NCBI GenBank assembly: GCA_903832025.1
Contig: CAIKZY010000076.1
Span: forward strand, 1-52,260
From: an uncultured Actinomycetes bacterium
Lineage (GTDB): Bacteria; Actinomycetota; Actinomycetes; S36-B12
DNA: 52,260 bases
Direction: 5' to 3'
Below the pieces are notes generated by a model. That model did no database searches. It was not told the origin of the DNA and worked only from the letters and a program-made list of their open reading frames with translations. Below, in pieces: positions 18,675-28,029 of this stretch (its first letter is position 1; the number at the start of each line of letters is the position of its first letter). The translations under genes were made by a program, and so were the position numbers.

Positions 18675-21332
18675 TCAGTCCAAGGTAATGGTGGGCACGA
18701 CCTTGCCAAGCCACGCCGGCATCCACCAGTTCGCCCGGCCCAGCAGGGACATCAGTGATGGCACCAGGATCAAGCGCACCAAGAACGCGTCAATGACCAC
18801 TGCCGACGCCAGTGCCACGCCGAACAACTTGATCGTGTCATTGGGCGTGGGAATGAAGGCACCGAACACGAAGGTCATGATCGATGCGGCAATGACGACA
18901 ACTCGTCCGGATCCGGCCAGGCCCAGCCGAACAGACAGGGAGCTGTCATGCGAATGCTCCCAGCTTTCCTTCATCCGCGAGACTAAGAAGACCTGGTAGT
19001 CCATGGACAGACCGAACAAGATGGCAAACACCATCAGCGGCAAGAACGGCAGGATCGGCCCGGTCCCGGTGACGCCCAGCAGGGTATCGGCGAACCCGTT
19101 CTGGAAGACCGCCACCGTGATACCCAAGGCGGCGGCGAATGACAGCAGACTGGTTATGGCCGCTGTCAAGGGAATCACCAACGAGTGAAACAGCAGCACC
19201 AGGGCAATGAAGCCCAGGCCGATGACCAAGATGAGGAAGATCGGCAGTGCCTTGTTGAGCACGCTAGTGAAGTCGGTGGACACGGCCTGTGATCCGCCGA
19301 CGTAGATGTCCACCCCGTGCGCGGCCTTCAGTTGCGGAGCTGTGGTGTTCCGAATGCGTGTCAGCAACGCCGCCGTCTCCGGTGATTGCGGGTCGGTCGT
19401 GGGATACACGATGACCGAGGTGACGGTGCCGTTATCGCCAAAGATGCTCGTGTCGTATGTGAGCAGGGGGAGCATCGCGGCTGTGGGCAGCGTGCGGGCG
19501 ACACCGGGTGTGGACTGCAGTGCAGTGATCGCCTGGCCCAGACCCTGGACGTTATTGACCCTGCTGTCTTGGATGGCGACAAAGAACGGGCCGTTGACCC
19601 CTGCGCCAAAGCCCTTGGCCATCAGGTCAAAGCCCGTGCGCAAGGGGGTGCCAACCTTCTGCGTTCCGTCGTCGGGGAATCCGGTCGTCATCTTCAATGC
19701 CGGAGCGGCCAGGACGCCGATCAGCACCAGCACGACGATGATCGGAATCAGCGGGGCTCTTTGCAGCAGGCGCCCATAGGCGTTCCAGGAACTGGTGTGG
19801 GGATCGGCGGGCTTGAGCCTGCGAGCCCAGGGAAGTCGCAGGCCAAGGGCATGGGTTCCCAACAGTGACAGCAAGGCCGGCAGGAACCACAACGCCGAGG
19901 CCATCACCAGCAGCACGGCCAGCCCGGCGGCCACAGCCAAGCCATTGAAGAATCCGATCCCGAGGACGAACATGCCCAGCAGCGCCACGATGACGGTGCT
20001 CCCGGCGAACAGCACGGCCCGCCCCGCCGTGCCCACTGCCTTGCTCGCCGCAGCGTGAGGCTCCAGTCCCTCCTGGAGTCCTTGACGAAATCGGTTCAGG
20101 ATGAACAAGGCGTAATCGATACCCACGCCAAGTCCGATCATGGCGGCCAGAGTCGGGGCGAACGTGGCAACGGACATGAAGTGGGCAGCGATCACGATGG
20201 CCAGTTGCCCGCCGATCAGGCCGGTGATGGCGACGAAGATGGGCAGCCCGGCGGCGATGATCGAGCCGAAGGCGATGAGCAATATCAGGATGGCGGCCAG
20301 CAAGCCGACAGCGTCGGAGTTCGTCTGCTCAGCCCCCGCGCCCTCCAGGATGGATCCTTGGGCCCCGACGGTGATGGCTGACGTGGACGCGGTGTGCACG
20401 ATGTCGTAGATCTGGGAGACCGTGGCGGCCGATGGTGCGTTGGTGTTCAGATTCACCGTTGCGTAGGCGATTGAGTGAGCAGCGGCGACTTGGCTGCCTG
20501 CAGCGTCGGCAGCATCTGCGGCTGCCATGATCGAGGCAACGGTGGACTGAGCGCTTGCCCAGTCTCGTTCCAGTGCAGATACCTGTGCCGGGATTCTCTC
20601 CGCTGCCGCCTGCAGCGCCGGACTCTTGCTCTTGGCCAGTGCGGACAACGTGGCCTGCGGCAGCTTGGACAAGGAGTCCAGCAGCGCAAAGCCATCCGCC
20701 AGTTCCTTGGCGGCAGCGGGGCTGACGCCGGGCACCTTCGCCCACTGCGTCGCGGTGACCTGTGCCCATTGGCTCCAATTCCAGCTCGGGTTCTTTGCCA
20801 GGGCAGCGAGCGTGGGGAGCTCTGCGGCAAGTGCGCCCAGGTCTTTGGGATTGGCGCGGCCCAGGGGTGCCAGTTGTTGCAGGAGCGGCCCGATCTTGGC
20901 GATATCCGACGCCGGCAGCCCGGTGTATTTCGTGAATTGCGTGTTGATCGCGTTGGTGATCGTCTGCCGCACGCTGCGCGGGTGCAAGGTCGGGCATTGG
21001 GTCCCGTAATTGCGCCCGTACGGGCCTGCCACGCAGGCGGTGGCATCCAACGCGGCAAGTTTGCCCAGTGTCGGTGCGATAGCTGCCTGAATTGCTGGAT
21101 CGGTCACTGAGCCGGTCTTGGCCTGCCACACCACCGTGACTGAGGCATGTGGGTTCGACGATGCCGGGAGGCGTTCCAGCAGATCCTGGGCGATGGTGGA
21201 TTGCGCCCCGGGGAGCACGAAGGAGTCGTTGAACTTCCCGGCGGTGGCCTTGGCCGCCGCGCCGATCACCACCAGCAGCACGATCCAGGTGACCAACGCC
21301 CACACTGGATGGCGAACCGCCCACTTACTCAT
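18675..21332 (-). CDS. MMPL/RND-family transporter
   Basis: GLGVGIDYALF, TAGRAVLFAG, GFGAGVNGP, FGLSMDYQVF and LLGRANWWMP motifs. Confidence 0.92.
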   Translation of the reverse strand: MSKWAVRHPVWALVTWIVLLVVIGAAAKATAGKFNDSFVLPGAQSTIAQDLLERLPASSNPHASVTVVWQAKTGSVTDPAIQAAIAPTLGKLAALDATACVAGPYGRNYGTQCPTLHPRSVRQTITNAINTQFTKYTGLPASDIAKIGPLLQQLAPLGRANPKDLGALAAELPTLAALAKNPSWNWSQWAQVTATQWAKVPGVSPAAAKELADGFALLDSLSKLPQATLSALAKSKSPALQAAAERIPAQVSALERDWASAQSTVASIMAAADAADAAGSQVAAAHSIAYATVNLNTNAPSAATVSQIYDIVHTASTSAITVGAQGSILEGAGAEQTNSDAVGLLAAILILLIAFGSIIAAGLPIFVAITGLIGGQLAIVIAAHFMSVATFAPTLAAMIGLGVGIDYALFILNRFRQGLQEGLEPHAAASKAVGTAGRAVLFAGSTVIVALLGMFVLGIGFFNGLAVAAGLAVLLVMASALWFLPALLSLLGTHALGLRLPWARRLKPADPHTSSWNAYGRLLQRAPLIPIIVVLVLIGVLAAPALKMTTGFPDDGTQKVGTPLRTGFDLMAKGFGAGVNGPFFVAIQDSRVNNVQGLGQAITALQSTPGVARTLPTAAMLPLLTYDTSIFGDNGTVTSVIVYPTTDPQSPETAALLTRIRNTTAPQLKAAHGVDIYVGGSQAVSTDFTSVLNKALPIFLILVIGLGFIALVLLFHSLVIPLTAAITSLLSFAAALGITVAVFQNGFADTLLGVTGTGPILPFLPLMVFAILFGLSMDYQVFLVSRMKESWEHSHDSSLSVRLGLAGSGRVVVIAASIMTFVFGAFIPTPNDTIKLFGVALASAVVIDAFLVRLILVPSLMSLLGRANWWMPAWLGKVVPTITLD

Positions 21333-21544
21333 GACTGAGCCGTGCTCCATGGGGCCTTGCTGGATCGGGCCATGGAGCGGACAGTAGTGGATGGAGGGAC
21401 CGGTCAGGTTCATTGTCGGTGGACCGGGTGTGACCATTTCGGGGATGGATGCAGACCCGTCAGCCAGGAGGTGGTGGGCATCGTGTGCCTCCCGCGCCCG
21501 GCAATCTCCCGCACAGCAGGTCCTGCCTGGGCTACCGTGGCGCT

Positions 21545-21745
21545 ATGGCATCCAATAACCCCTCCACCGTCCGCTACTTCATGGAAGTCATTGGCTTGGC
21601 CGCCTTGGCGCTGTACTTCATCATCGACCTGGTCAAGCATGGCTTTCACACCACAACCTGGCTGTTGATCATCGCGATCGTTGCCTTGGGCGTATCCACA
21701 TTGCTGGACATGCGTGCCCGCGATCGACGACCGCACAAATCCTGA
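21545..21745 (+). CDS. Small 2-TM membrane protein
   Basis: 66 aa with two hydrophobic helices and a basic tail. Confidence 0.6.
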   Translation: MASNNPSTVRYFMEVIGLAALALYFIIDLVKHGFHTTTWLLIIAIVALGVSTLLDMRARDRRPHKS

Positions 21746-21971
21746 CCCCCCGCTGCTCCTTCCGCTGGCTGCCGTCACGGTGTTGGTGAGGACTAGATGT
21801 CGCAATCCGCACCGCTGGACCGGGCCAGCTCCAGCACTCGTCAGGGCATGCTCAGGGTGAGAACTTTGGCCACGACCTATTCCGCAGTTCACCGACGCGA
21901 GCGTTCAACGGGGATACGCTGGCGGAAAACGTCAGCATCAGGGATCGATGCTGACGACGTCAGGAGTGATC

Positions 21972-22151
21972 ATGGGGTTCATCACCACACCGCTGGGAGC
22001 GCATTACTTCCAGTGGGGCTGGTTCTCAGTGTCCATCGGCAACATCGCCACGATCTCGGCAGTCGTTGCCCTTCTGGTCCTGGCAATCGTGGTGCCCTTC
22101 CCCAAGGAGCATGACGTCACGCCCATCCAGCGAGAGCAGGATCAGGCGTGA
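21972..22151 (+). CDS. Small single-TM protein of the cytochrome b module
   Basis: AGGAG RBS, HYFQWGWFSVSIGN followed by a TM ending VPFP. GTGA overlap with the next gene. Confidence 0.7.
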   Translation: MGFITTPLGAHYFQWGWFSVSIGNIATISAVVALLVLAIVVPFPKEHDVTPIQREQDQA

Positions 22152-22816
22152 GCGACCAGGTTGAGGAAGTCAAGATCACCTGGACGGGTCGCATCCGCAA
22201 CCGCGCGGAGAAGAACCTGCCCTACGACCGGTTGATGCCGGACACCCAGCCCGCATACGTCGTGTCCTGGATCTATGTCGCCGGCGTGCTGACCATCGCG
22301 GCGCTGGCAGGGATCATCGGCTCGGGGGTCATCTTGACCTTCAAAGGTCCGACCTGGTGGCACACCTCCGCTTCGGGGCATTTCGTCAACAGCTTGCACT
22401 TTTGGTCCGTGCAGCTGTTCTTCATCTTCATGGTCGTCCATCTCTGGGGCAATTTCTGGATGGCGGCGTGGCGAGGTGGCCGCTGGAAAACCTGGATCTC
22501 GGGCCTTGTGGCATTCGCGGTATCCATCGGCGCCGGCCTGAGTGGCTATGCGATTCAGACCAACGTGGACTCCCAGTGGATCGCTTTCCAAGCCAAGGAT
22601 GGGATCAACGCAACCGGCGTGGGGGCGATGTTCGATATCGCCAACTTCGGTCAGATGATGATGTTCCACATCTTCTTGTTCCCCGGCATCATCTCCCTGG
22701 TCGTGCTTGCCCACGTGGTCTGGGTACGCATCAAGGGGGTGGTGCCGCCGATTGATGCAGCCAAGGTGGAAGCCGCGATCGCCGAGCATGCCGCATCGAC
22801 GCAGGCTGGTGCATGA
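22148..22816 (+). CDS. Cytochrome b/b6 N-terminal domain protein (4 TM, di-heme)
   Basis: Heme-ligand His pairs in SLHFWSVQLFFIFMVVHLW and FHIFLFPGIISLVVLAH, plus TWISG and SGY. Confidence 0.88.
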   Translation: MSDQVEEVKITWTGRIRNRAEKNLPYDRLMPDTQPAYVVSWIYVAGVLTIAALAGIIGSGVILTFKGPTWWHTSASGHFVNSLHFWSVQLFFIFMVVHLWGNFWMAAWRGGRWKTWISGLVAFAVSIGAGLSGYAIQTNVDSQWIAFQAKDGINATGVGAMFDIANFGQMMMFHIFLFPGIISLVVLAHVVWVRIKGVVPPIDAAKVEAAIAEHAASTQAGA

Positions 22817-23805
22817 TGGATCTCAAGGCCCGTCAGAAGGAAATCGAGCGCACCCATTGGACCGGGCCACTGCGCCGCTACGACATCGTCAAAGAGGGCA
22901 TCATCGCCTGCATTGTCGTGGCCGCACTGGTCATCGGCTTGTCGGCACTGTTTAGCTCCCCCGACGACAAGGCCCTGACCTTTCGTGGCTGGGCGACCGC
23001 GATGCCGAAAGACTTCTTCGCCACCACGGTCAAGGAGTTGGCTGGCACATCGGACTCGGCCACGTATGGTCCGCCCTATAACGCCAGCGGCGATGGACAG
23101 GCCGTGGGCCCCATCACCATGCAGAAGTGGATTGGCGTGCATGAGCCGATCCACACAGCCAATGATTTCGTGATCAATCCGCTCATTCACCAGCAGCAGG
23201 CACAGATCGTGCAGAACGCCGTGGTGACCTGGCTCAAGGCAAGCCCGGCACAGCAGGCAACCTGGGCGACCAACCTGGACAACGCCATTCAGGATCCCAA
23301 GGGCGCCAACGGGGATCCGAGCAAGGTCCCGAATGGTGACTACGGTCCAACGCCGCTGCTGGCATCGGGCCTGTTGGCCATGGCCAGTTCCGGCGCGCTG
23401 GATGGCATCCTGCCCGCACCGGGCGACTTCTATAACTCCAACAACACCAAGCAAATCCTGTTCATGGGGGACGGCTCGTATCTACCCGGCTTCGGTGATG
23501 CCAATCACCTGAGTGGCAATCAGTGGGGCATGATGAACGAGATCGGTGATTGGCCGGGGCAGCAATGGCTGATGCCATTCAGTTTCTGGTACCAGATGCC
23601 GTTCGTGAACTCCGATGCGACCAGCGGTCTGTCGGCCACGATGACGGCCAATGGGGACGTCTATGTCCTTGCGATCATCACGATCATCATGCTGCTCCAC
23701 TTCCTCATCCCGTTCATCCCGGGCCTGAGGGATATTCCCCGCTGGATCCCGGTGCACAAGCTGATTTGGCGGCAGTACTACCGGCGCGCCAAGCAGACCT
23801 CGTAG
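22813..23805 (+). CDS. Membrane-anchored partner of the stand-alone cytochrome b
   Basis: ATGA overlap. YDIVKE followed by a TM, extracytoplasmic domain (YGPPYN, QWGMMNE, WPGQQWL), C-terminal TM with PFIPGLRDIPRW. Confidence 0.75.
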   Translation: MMDLKARQKEIERTHWTGPLRRYDIVKEGIIACIVVAALVIGLSALFSSPDDKALTFRGWATAMPKDFFATTVKELAGTSDSATYGPPYNASGDGQAVGPITMQKWIGVHEPIHTANDFVINPLIHQQQAQIVQNAVVTWLKASPAQQATWATNLDNAIQDPKGANGDPSKVPNGDYGPTPLLASGLLAMASSGALDGILPAPGDFYNSNNTKQILFMGDGSYLPGFGDANHLSGNQWGMMNEIGDWPGQQWLMPFSFWYQMPFVNSDATSGLSATMTANGDVYVLAIITIIMLLHFLIPFIPGLRDIPRWIPVHKLIWRQYYRRAKQTS

Positions 23806-24197
23806 AAGCTAACGGCTGAGCCACGTCCTGGCTTGACTGACGAGTAGCACGCCGTCGCGCACAGCAAAGCGCCGCGGTGGTCCTTGGTCAGCAGGCACCG
23901 ACGATGATTCGAACACGGTCGGGCACGTAACGAACTGAAGCCGCGTTCCCACACGGGGCAGGCAACGTTCGCGCACACTGCTAATTGCCGGGCACGACCA
24001 GCAGGCATGAAGTCCACAGGCCATCGAGCCCGCTGGGCATTCAGTGAGCTGCACATGATGGGCTCTGACGCGCCATGGTGGGGAGGCCATGGATCGTGAT
24101 GTTCGTCGCGGACCAGGGCGTGACTTTCCTTGGCAATTTCCCCACACCGCAGGTGCCAGTGCCGCACAATGGAGCCTCCAGCGTGGGAGGAGCCATC

Positions 24198-25733
24198 ATG
24201 TTGTCCTTGGCAATGTTGCTCGAAGACGCCGCGCACAACTACCCCGACCGCATTGCACTGATTCAGGGTGATCGTTCCATCACCTACCGGGAAACCGACG
24301 CTGCAGCACGACGTGTGGCCGACGTGCTGGCCGAACGTGGCATCGGGATCGGAGACACCGTCGCGCTGGCCTGTCCGAACATCGCCGAGTTTCCGATCAT
24401 CTACTTCGGCATCCTCAAGGCCGGTGCGACGGTCGTGCCCTTGAACGTCTTGTTGAAAGCCGAGGAAATCGAGTACTACCTCAATGACTCCGGAGCCACG
24501 GCCTTTTTCTGCTTCGCGGGAACACCACAGTTGGATCTTGGCGCCCAGGGCCGAGGTGGCTTCGATCGGGTGGCCAGTTGCAAGCACTTCATCCTGATCG
24601 CAACCGCAGATGGGGTTGAGGGGGAGTCCTACGAGCAGTTGCTCGCAGCGGCAAATCCCACCTACGAGTCAGTGAGCACGGTGGAGACCGATACCGCCGT
24701 GATTCTGTATACCTCCGGAACGACAGGAGTGGCCAAAGGCGCCGAACTGTCGCATTCGAACCTGGTGCTCAACGCACTTGGCTGCAATCGCCTGTTCGAT
24801 ACCCACGCAGATCGCCACGACACGATGCTGGTCTGCTTGCCGCTGTTCCACACCTTTGGCGCCACGGTGCTGATGAACGGCGGATTCGCGTCGGCATCCA
24901 CGCTGGTGTTAGTGCCACGATTCACCGGTGAGGCTGCCTTGGAGCTCATGGATGCTCACGAGGTGACGATCTTTGCCGGCGTTCCGACCATGTACTGGGC
25001 CTTGCTCAATGCCCTGACCGATCAAGTGAACGTGACCAAGCTGGCCACCAATCTGCGTATCGCGATGAGCGGGGGCGCCGCGTTGCCCCTGCAGATCCTG
25101 ACCGATTTTGCCAACCGATTCGGGGTGAACATCCTGGAGGGCTATGGGTTGTCCGAAACCAGCCCGGTGGCCACGTTCAACCACCTTGGCCGCCCCACCA
25201 AGGCCGGATCCATTGGCCAAGCGCTATGGGGAGTGCAAGTGCGTTTGATCGATGAGGATTGGCACACGGTCAGCGGGGAGGACTCGATCGGGGAGATCGC
25301 GGTTCGGGGATACAACGTCATGAAGGGCTACCTCAATCGTCCCGAAGCCACCGCAGCGGTCATGCACGATGGCTGGTTTCGCACCGGCGATCTGGCTCGC
25401 CAGGATGATCAGGGGTACTTCTTCATCGTCGATCGTGCCAAGGACATGATCATTCGCGGGGGGTTCAATGTGTACCCACGCGAGATCGAGGAGGTGCTCA
25501 TGAAGCACCCGGCAGTGTCACTTGCTGCCGTCATTGGAGTCCCGGACCCAGAGCATGGCGAGGAGATCAAGGCGTGTGTGGTCAAGCAGCCCGGTGACGC
25601 AACCACCGACGCCGAACTCATCGATTACTGCAGGCAGCACATGGCGGCATACAAGTACCCGCGAACGGTGGAGTTCCTTGACGCGCTGCCGATGACCAGT
25701 ACCGGCAAGATCCTCAAGCGAGAACTGCGCTGA
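24198..25733 (+). CDS. Long-chain fatty-acid--CoA ligase
   Basis: YTSGTTG, EGYGLSETSP, WFRTGD, DRAKDMIIRGG and LPMTSTGKILKR motifs. GGAGGAG RBS. Confidence 0.93.
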   Translation: MLSLAMLLEDAAHNYPDRIALIQGDRSITYRETDAAARRVADVLAERGIGIGDTVALACPNIAEFPIIYFGILKAGATVVPLNVLLKAEEIEYYLNDSGATAFFCFAGTPQLDLGAQGRGGFDRVASCKHFILIATADGVEGESYEQLLAAANPTYESVSTVETDTAVILYTSGTTGVAKGAELSHSNLVLNALGCNRLFDTHADRHDTMLVCLPLFHTFGATVLMNGGFASASTLVLVPRFTGEAALELMDAHEVTIFAGVPTMYWALLNALTDQVNVTKLATNLRIAMSGGAALPLQILTDFANRFGVNILEGYGLSETSPVATFNHLGRPTKAGSIGQALWGVQVRLIDEDWHTVSGEDSIGEIAVRGYNVMKGYLNRPEATAAVMHDGWFRTGDLARQDDQGYFFIVDRAKDMIIRGGFNVYPREIEEVLMKHPAVSLAAVIGVPDPEHGEEIKACVVKQPGDATTDAELIDYCRQHMAAYKYPRTVEFLDALPMTSTGKILKRELR

Positions 25734-25902
25734 ACCACGGCACACGCCCATAGGCGGCAAGATCGCCGACCAAGACATGCCCGTCGCATGCCTGGCGATC
25801 GCTGGCTGGACATCTGCGTGCAGGACTCAGGGGTGGCATAACATGAGCGCGTTGAGGAGCCATTTCCTCGCGAAATCCTGATCACGAGTGTGGAGGCTGG
25901 CG

Positions 25903-26322
25903 ATGTCGACATTTCGACCGAGGCAGATGGGCATCGTTCACGACGTGATTGAGGGTCAAGTGCTGATCATTCGCAGTGACTCTGGCGCCTACTACTCGAT
26001 GGAGGGAACGGGCACTGTGGTGTGGGAAGGCATCCTGCGCGGTGAGTCAGTCGATGCGATCACAGCCAGCGCCGTGCAGCGATACCCGGATACCCCTGAA
26101 CTGGCAGCGGACATCCGGTACCTGTTCGCTGATCTGCAGCGCGAGCAGCTCATCGAAGAGACAACGAGCGCATCCAGCCCCGGCACGACAACGAGCACCC
26201 CGTGGCCGGATACCTGGACAGCTCCGGCACTGGCGATCTTCAATGACATGAAGGATCTGCTGCTGTTTGATCCGATTCACGAAGTTGGTCCCGAAGGCTG
26301 GCCATACGCATCACATGAGTGA
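25903..26322 (+). CDS. PqqD/RRE-family protein with C-terminal leader-like extension
   Basis: RRE pattern (IEGQVLII...GAYYSMEGTGTVVW...DIRYLFADLQREQLI), Ser/Thr linker, then WTAPALAIFNDMKDLLLFDPIHEVGPEGWP. Confidence 0.85.
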   Translation: MSTFRPRQMGIVHDVIEGQVLIIRSDSGAYYSMEGTGTVVWEGILRGESVDAITASAVQRYPDTPELAADIRYLFADLQREQLIEETTSASSPGTTTSTPWPDTWTAPALAIFNDMKDLLLFDPIHEVGPEGWPYASHE

Positions 26323-27316
26323 AGCCGATGCCGCGATCGCCTCGGTCTTGCAGCGCGCCCTGGCCGTCCAAGGCCTGACGCACGCCCAGGCTGCCTTCGG
26401 GCCGATGCAGCTTGAGCTCGGCTGCGATGACGATGAATTCGTGCGGTCCGTACAGCGCGCAGCGATCGCCGAGCAGTCGGCGCACGCGTGGCCGACCCTG
26501 CGGGTGCTGATGCTGACCGCTGCATCACTGCCGTTGGAGCACCTCCCGACGCCACTGCGGCCCACATTCAGGCATGCGGCGGTGCGCGTGATCACCACAC
26601 CCCGGTTTAGCTGTCTGGTCAATCAACACCTCCTCTGGGTCGCCGATCGTCAATCGGCGACGGTCCTGAGGTGGTCCCTGTCCTGCGAAGCAGTTCCGGA
26701 CTGGGAGTCGACCCGTCCATTGCGGTATGCGCTGAACTGGTGGGCCGCCGAGCATGGATCAGCCCTGCTTCATGCTGGCGTGGTCGCGTATCAGGGGAAA
26801 TCAGTCATCTTGACGGGAAAGGGAGGGACGGGGAAGTCCACAACCGTCTGCGCCTGTTTGGACTCACCGCTGTCGGTACTGGCCGATGATTACTGCCTCG
26901 TCCAACCGGCAACTGCTGATTCCGATGCCACCGCGCATGCCCTCTTCAGGGTCGGGCACGTTGATGCCCAGACAATCGCCTTACTGCCCTCACTGCGCAG
27001 CAGGGTCATCGTGGACGATCCGCAGTCAAAGTCGCTCGTGCGACTGATCGAGCAGCCACCGCGACCGGCGAGTATTGCCGCATTCGCCTCGATTACCCGT
27101 GCTCCCGGCGCGGACACGCTCATGCGTCCGACGTCCGCCAGTGCAGTGCTCCAGCAGGCAGCTCCCAGCACCATCGCACAAAGCTATGCCGGGCAGGAGC
27201 ACATCTGGCGAGTTCTGACGCAGATGGTCCAATCCAGCATCTGCGTCGATCTGCAGGTCGGCTCACTGTCGGACGTCCCGCAAGCGTTGCTGCAGACACT
27301 GCGGGACCAACCATGA
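26315..27316 (+). CDS. HPr-kinase-like P-loop kinase 1
   Basis: LLHAGVV, GKGGTGKST and LADDY motifs. Overlaps the upstream RRE gene. Confidence 0.8.
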   Translation: MSEADAAIASVLQRALAVQGLTHAQAAFGPMQLELGCDDDEFVRSVQRAAIAEQSAHAWPTLRVLMLTAASLPLEHLPTPLRPTFRHAAVRVITTPRFSCLVNQHLLWVADRQSATVLRWSLSCEAVPDWESTRPLRYALNWWAAEHGSALLHAGVVAYQGKSVILTGKGGTGKSTTVCACLDSPLSVLADDYCLVQPATADSDATAHALFRVGHVDAQTIALLPSLRSRVIVDDPQSKSLVRLIEQPPRPASIAAFASITRAPGADTLMRPTSASAVLQQAAPSTIAQSYAGQEHIWRVLTQMVQSSICVDLQVGSLSDVPQALLQTLRDQP

Positions 27317-28029
27317 TCACCCGTCCGGTGACCGTGGTCATCCCTGCGCACAATGCCGCGGGAACGATTGCCGCAACGTTGCGTTCACTGGGCAATCCCG
27401 CGCGCATCATTGTCGTCAATGATCGCTCACAGGACAGCACCGTGGAACAGATCACTGCATGCGGCATCGATGTTGACGTGCTCCACAGCACGCACCCAGG
27501 ACCTGGTGCTGCCAGGAACCACGGAGCGGTGCACGTCAGGACGCCATACATTGCGTTTTGCGATGCTGATGATCAATGGGTCCCGGGACGACTTGATGCG
27601 GACCTGGACATCCTGAGCCGCCGACCCGACATCGAGATTCTCCTGGGCAGCACCCGGTATGAAGCAACCGATGCAGCCTTGCTGGCCGGCCACGTGTTCC
27701 CCGACGACACGCAGAGCCAGGTGATCGCCCACTTCGGAGCGGCAACGATGCGCACGGCTGCCTTTCACCGGGTGGGTCCGATTCGCGAGGACAAAGCCAA
27801 CTTTGAGGATCTGGAGTGGTTCCTGCGTGCTCGCGATCTCGGTGTCGGCCTGGTAGCCCACCGCCGCATCGTTCAGCGTCGACTCATGCATCCATCAAGC
27901 ACCAGTCATGTGCATCCTGGCCGGCCCACGGACATGCTGGCGGTGCTGGCTGAATCGGTACGCCGCCGTGCAGACTCCGGTGTGGAGGTCCTGTCGTTGC
28001 AGGACAGTATTGATATGAATCTGCCATGA
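27313..28029 (+). CDS. Glycosyltransferase family 2
   Basis: VVIPAHN, VVNDRSQD, ARNHG, FCDADD and EDLEW motifs. Confidence 0.9.
   Translation: MITRPVTVVIPAHNAAGTIAATLRSLGNPARIIVVNDRSQDSTVEQITACGIDVDVLHSTHPGPGAARNHGAVHVRTPYIAFCDADDQWVPGRLDADLDILSRRPDIEILLGSTRYEATDAALLAGHVFPDDTQSQVIAHFGAATMRTAAFHRVGPIREDKANFEDLEWFLRARDLGVGLVAHRRIVQRRLMHPSSTSHVHPGRPTDMLAVLAESVRRRADSGVEVLSLQDSIDMNLP

Noticed and set aside
24198-25733. Acyl-CoA ligase as a lipidation enzyme of the RiPP cluster
   Set aside because: It looks like an ordinary FadD, is separated by ~170 bp, and has no RRE, ACP or acyltransferase partner. Only adjacency supports it; synteny analysis could revive the idea.
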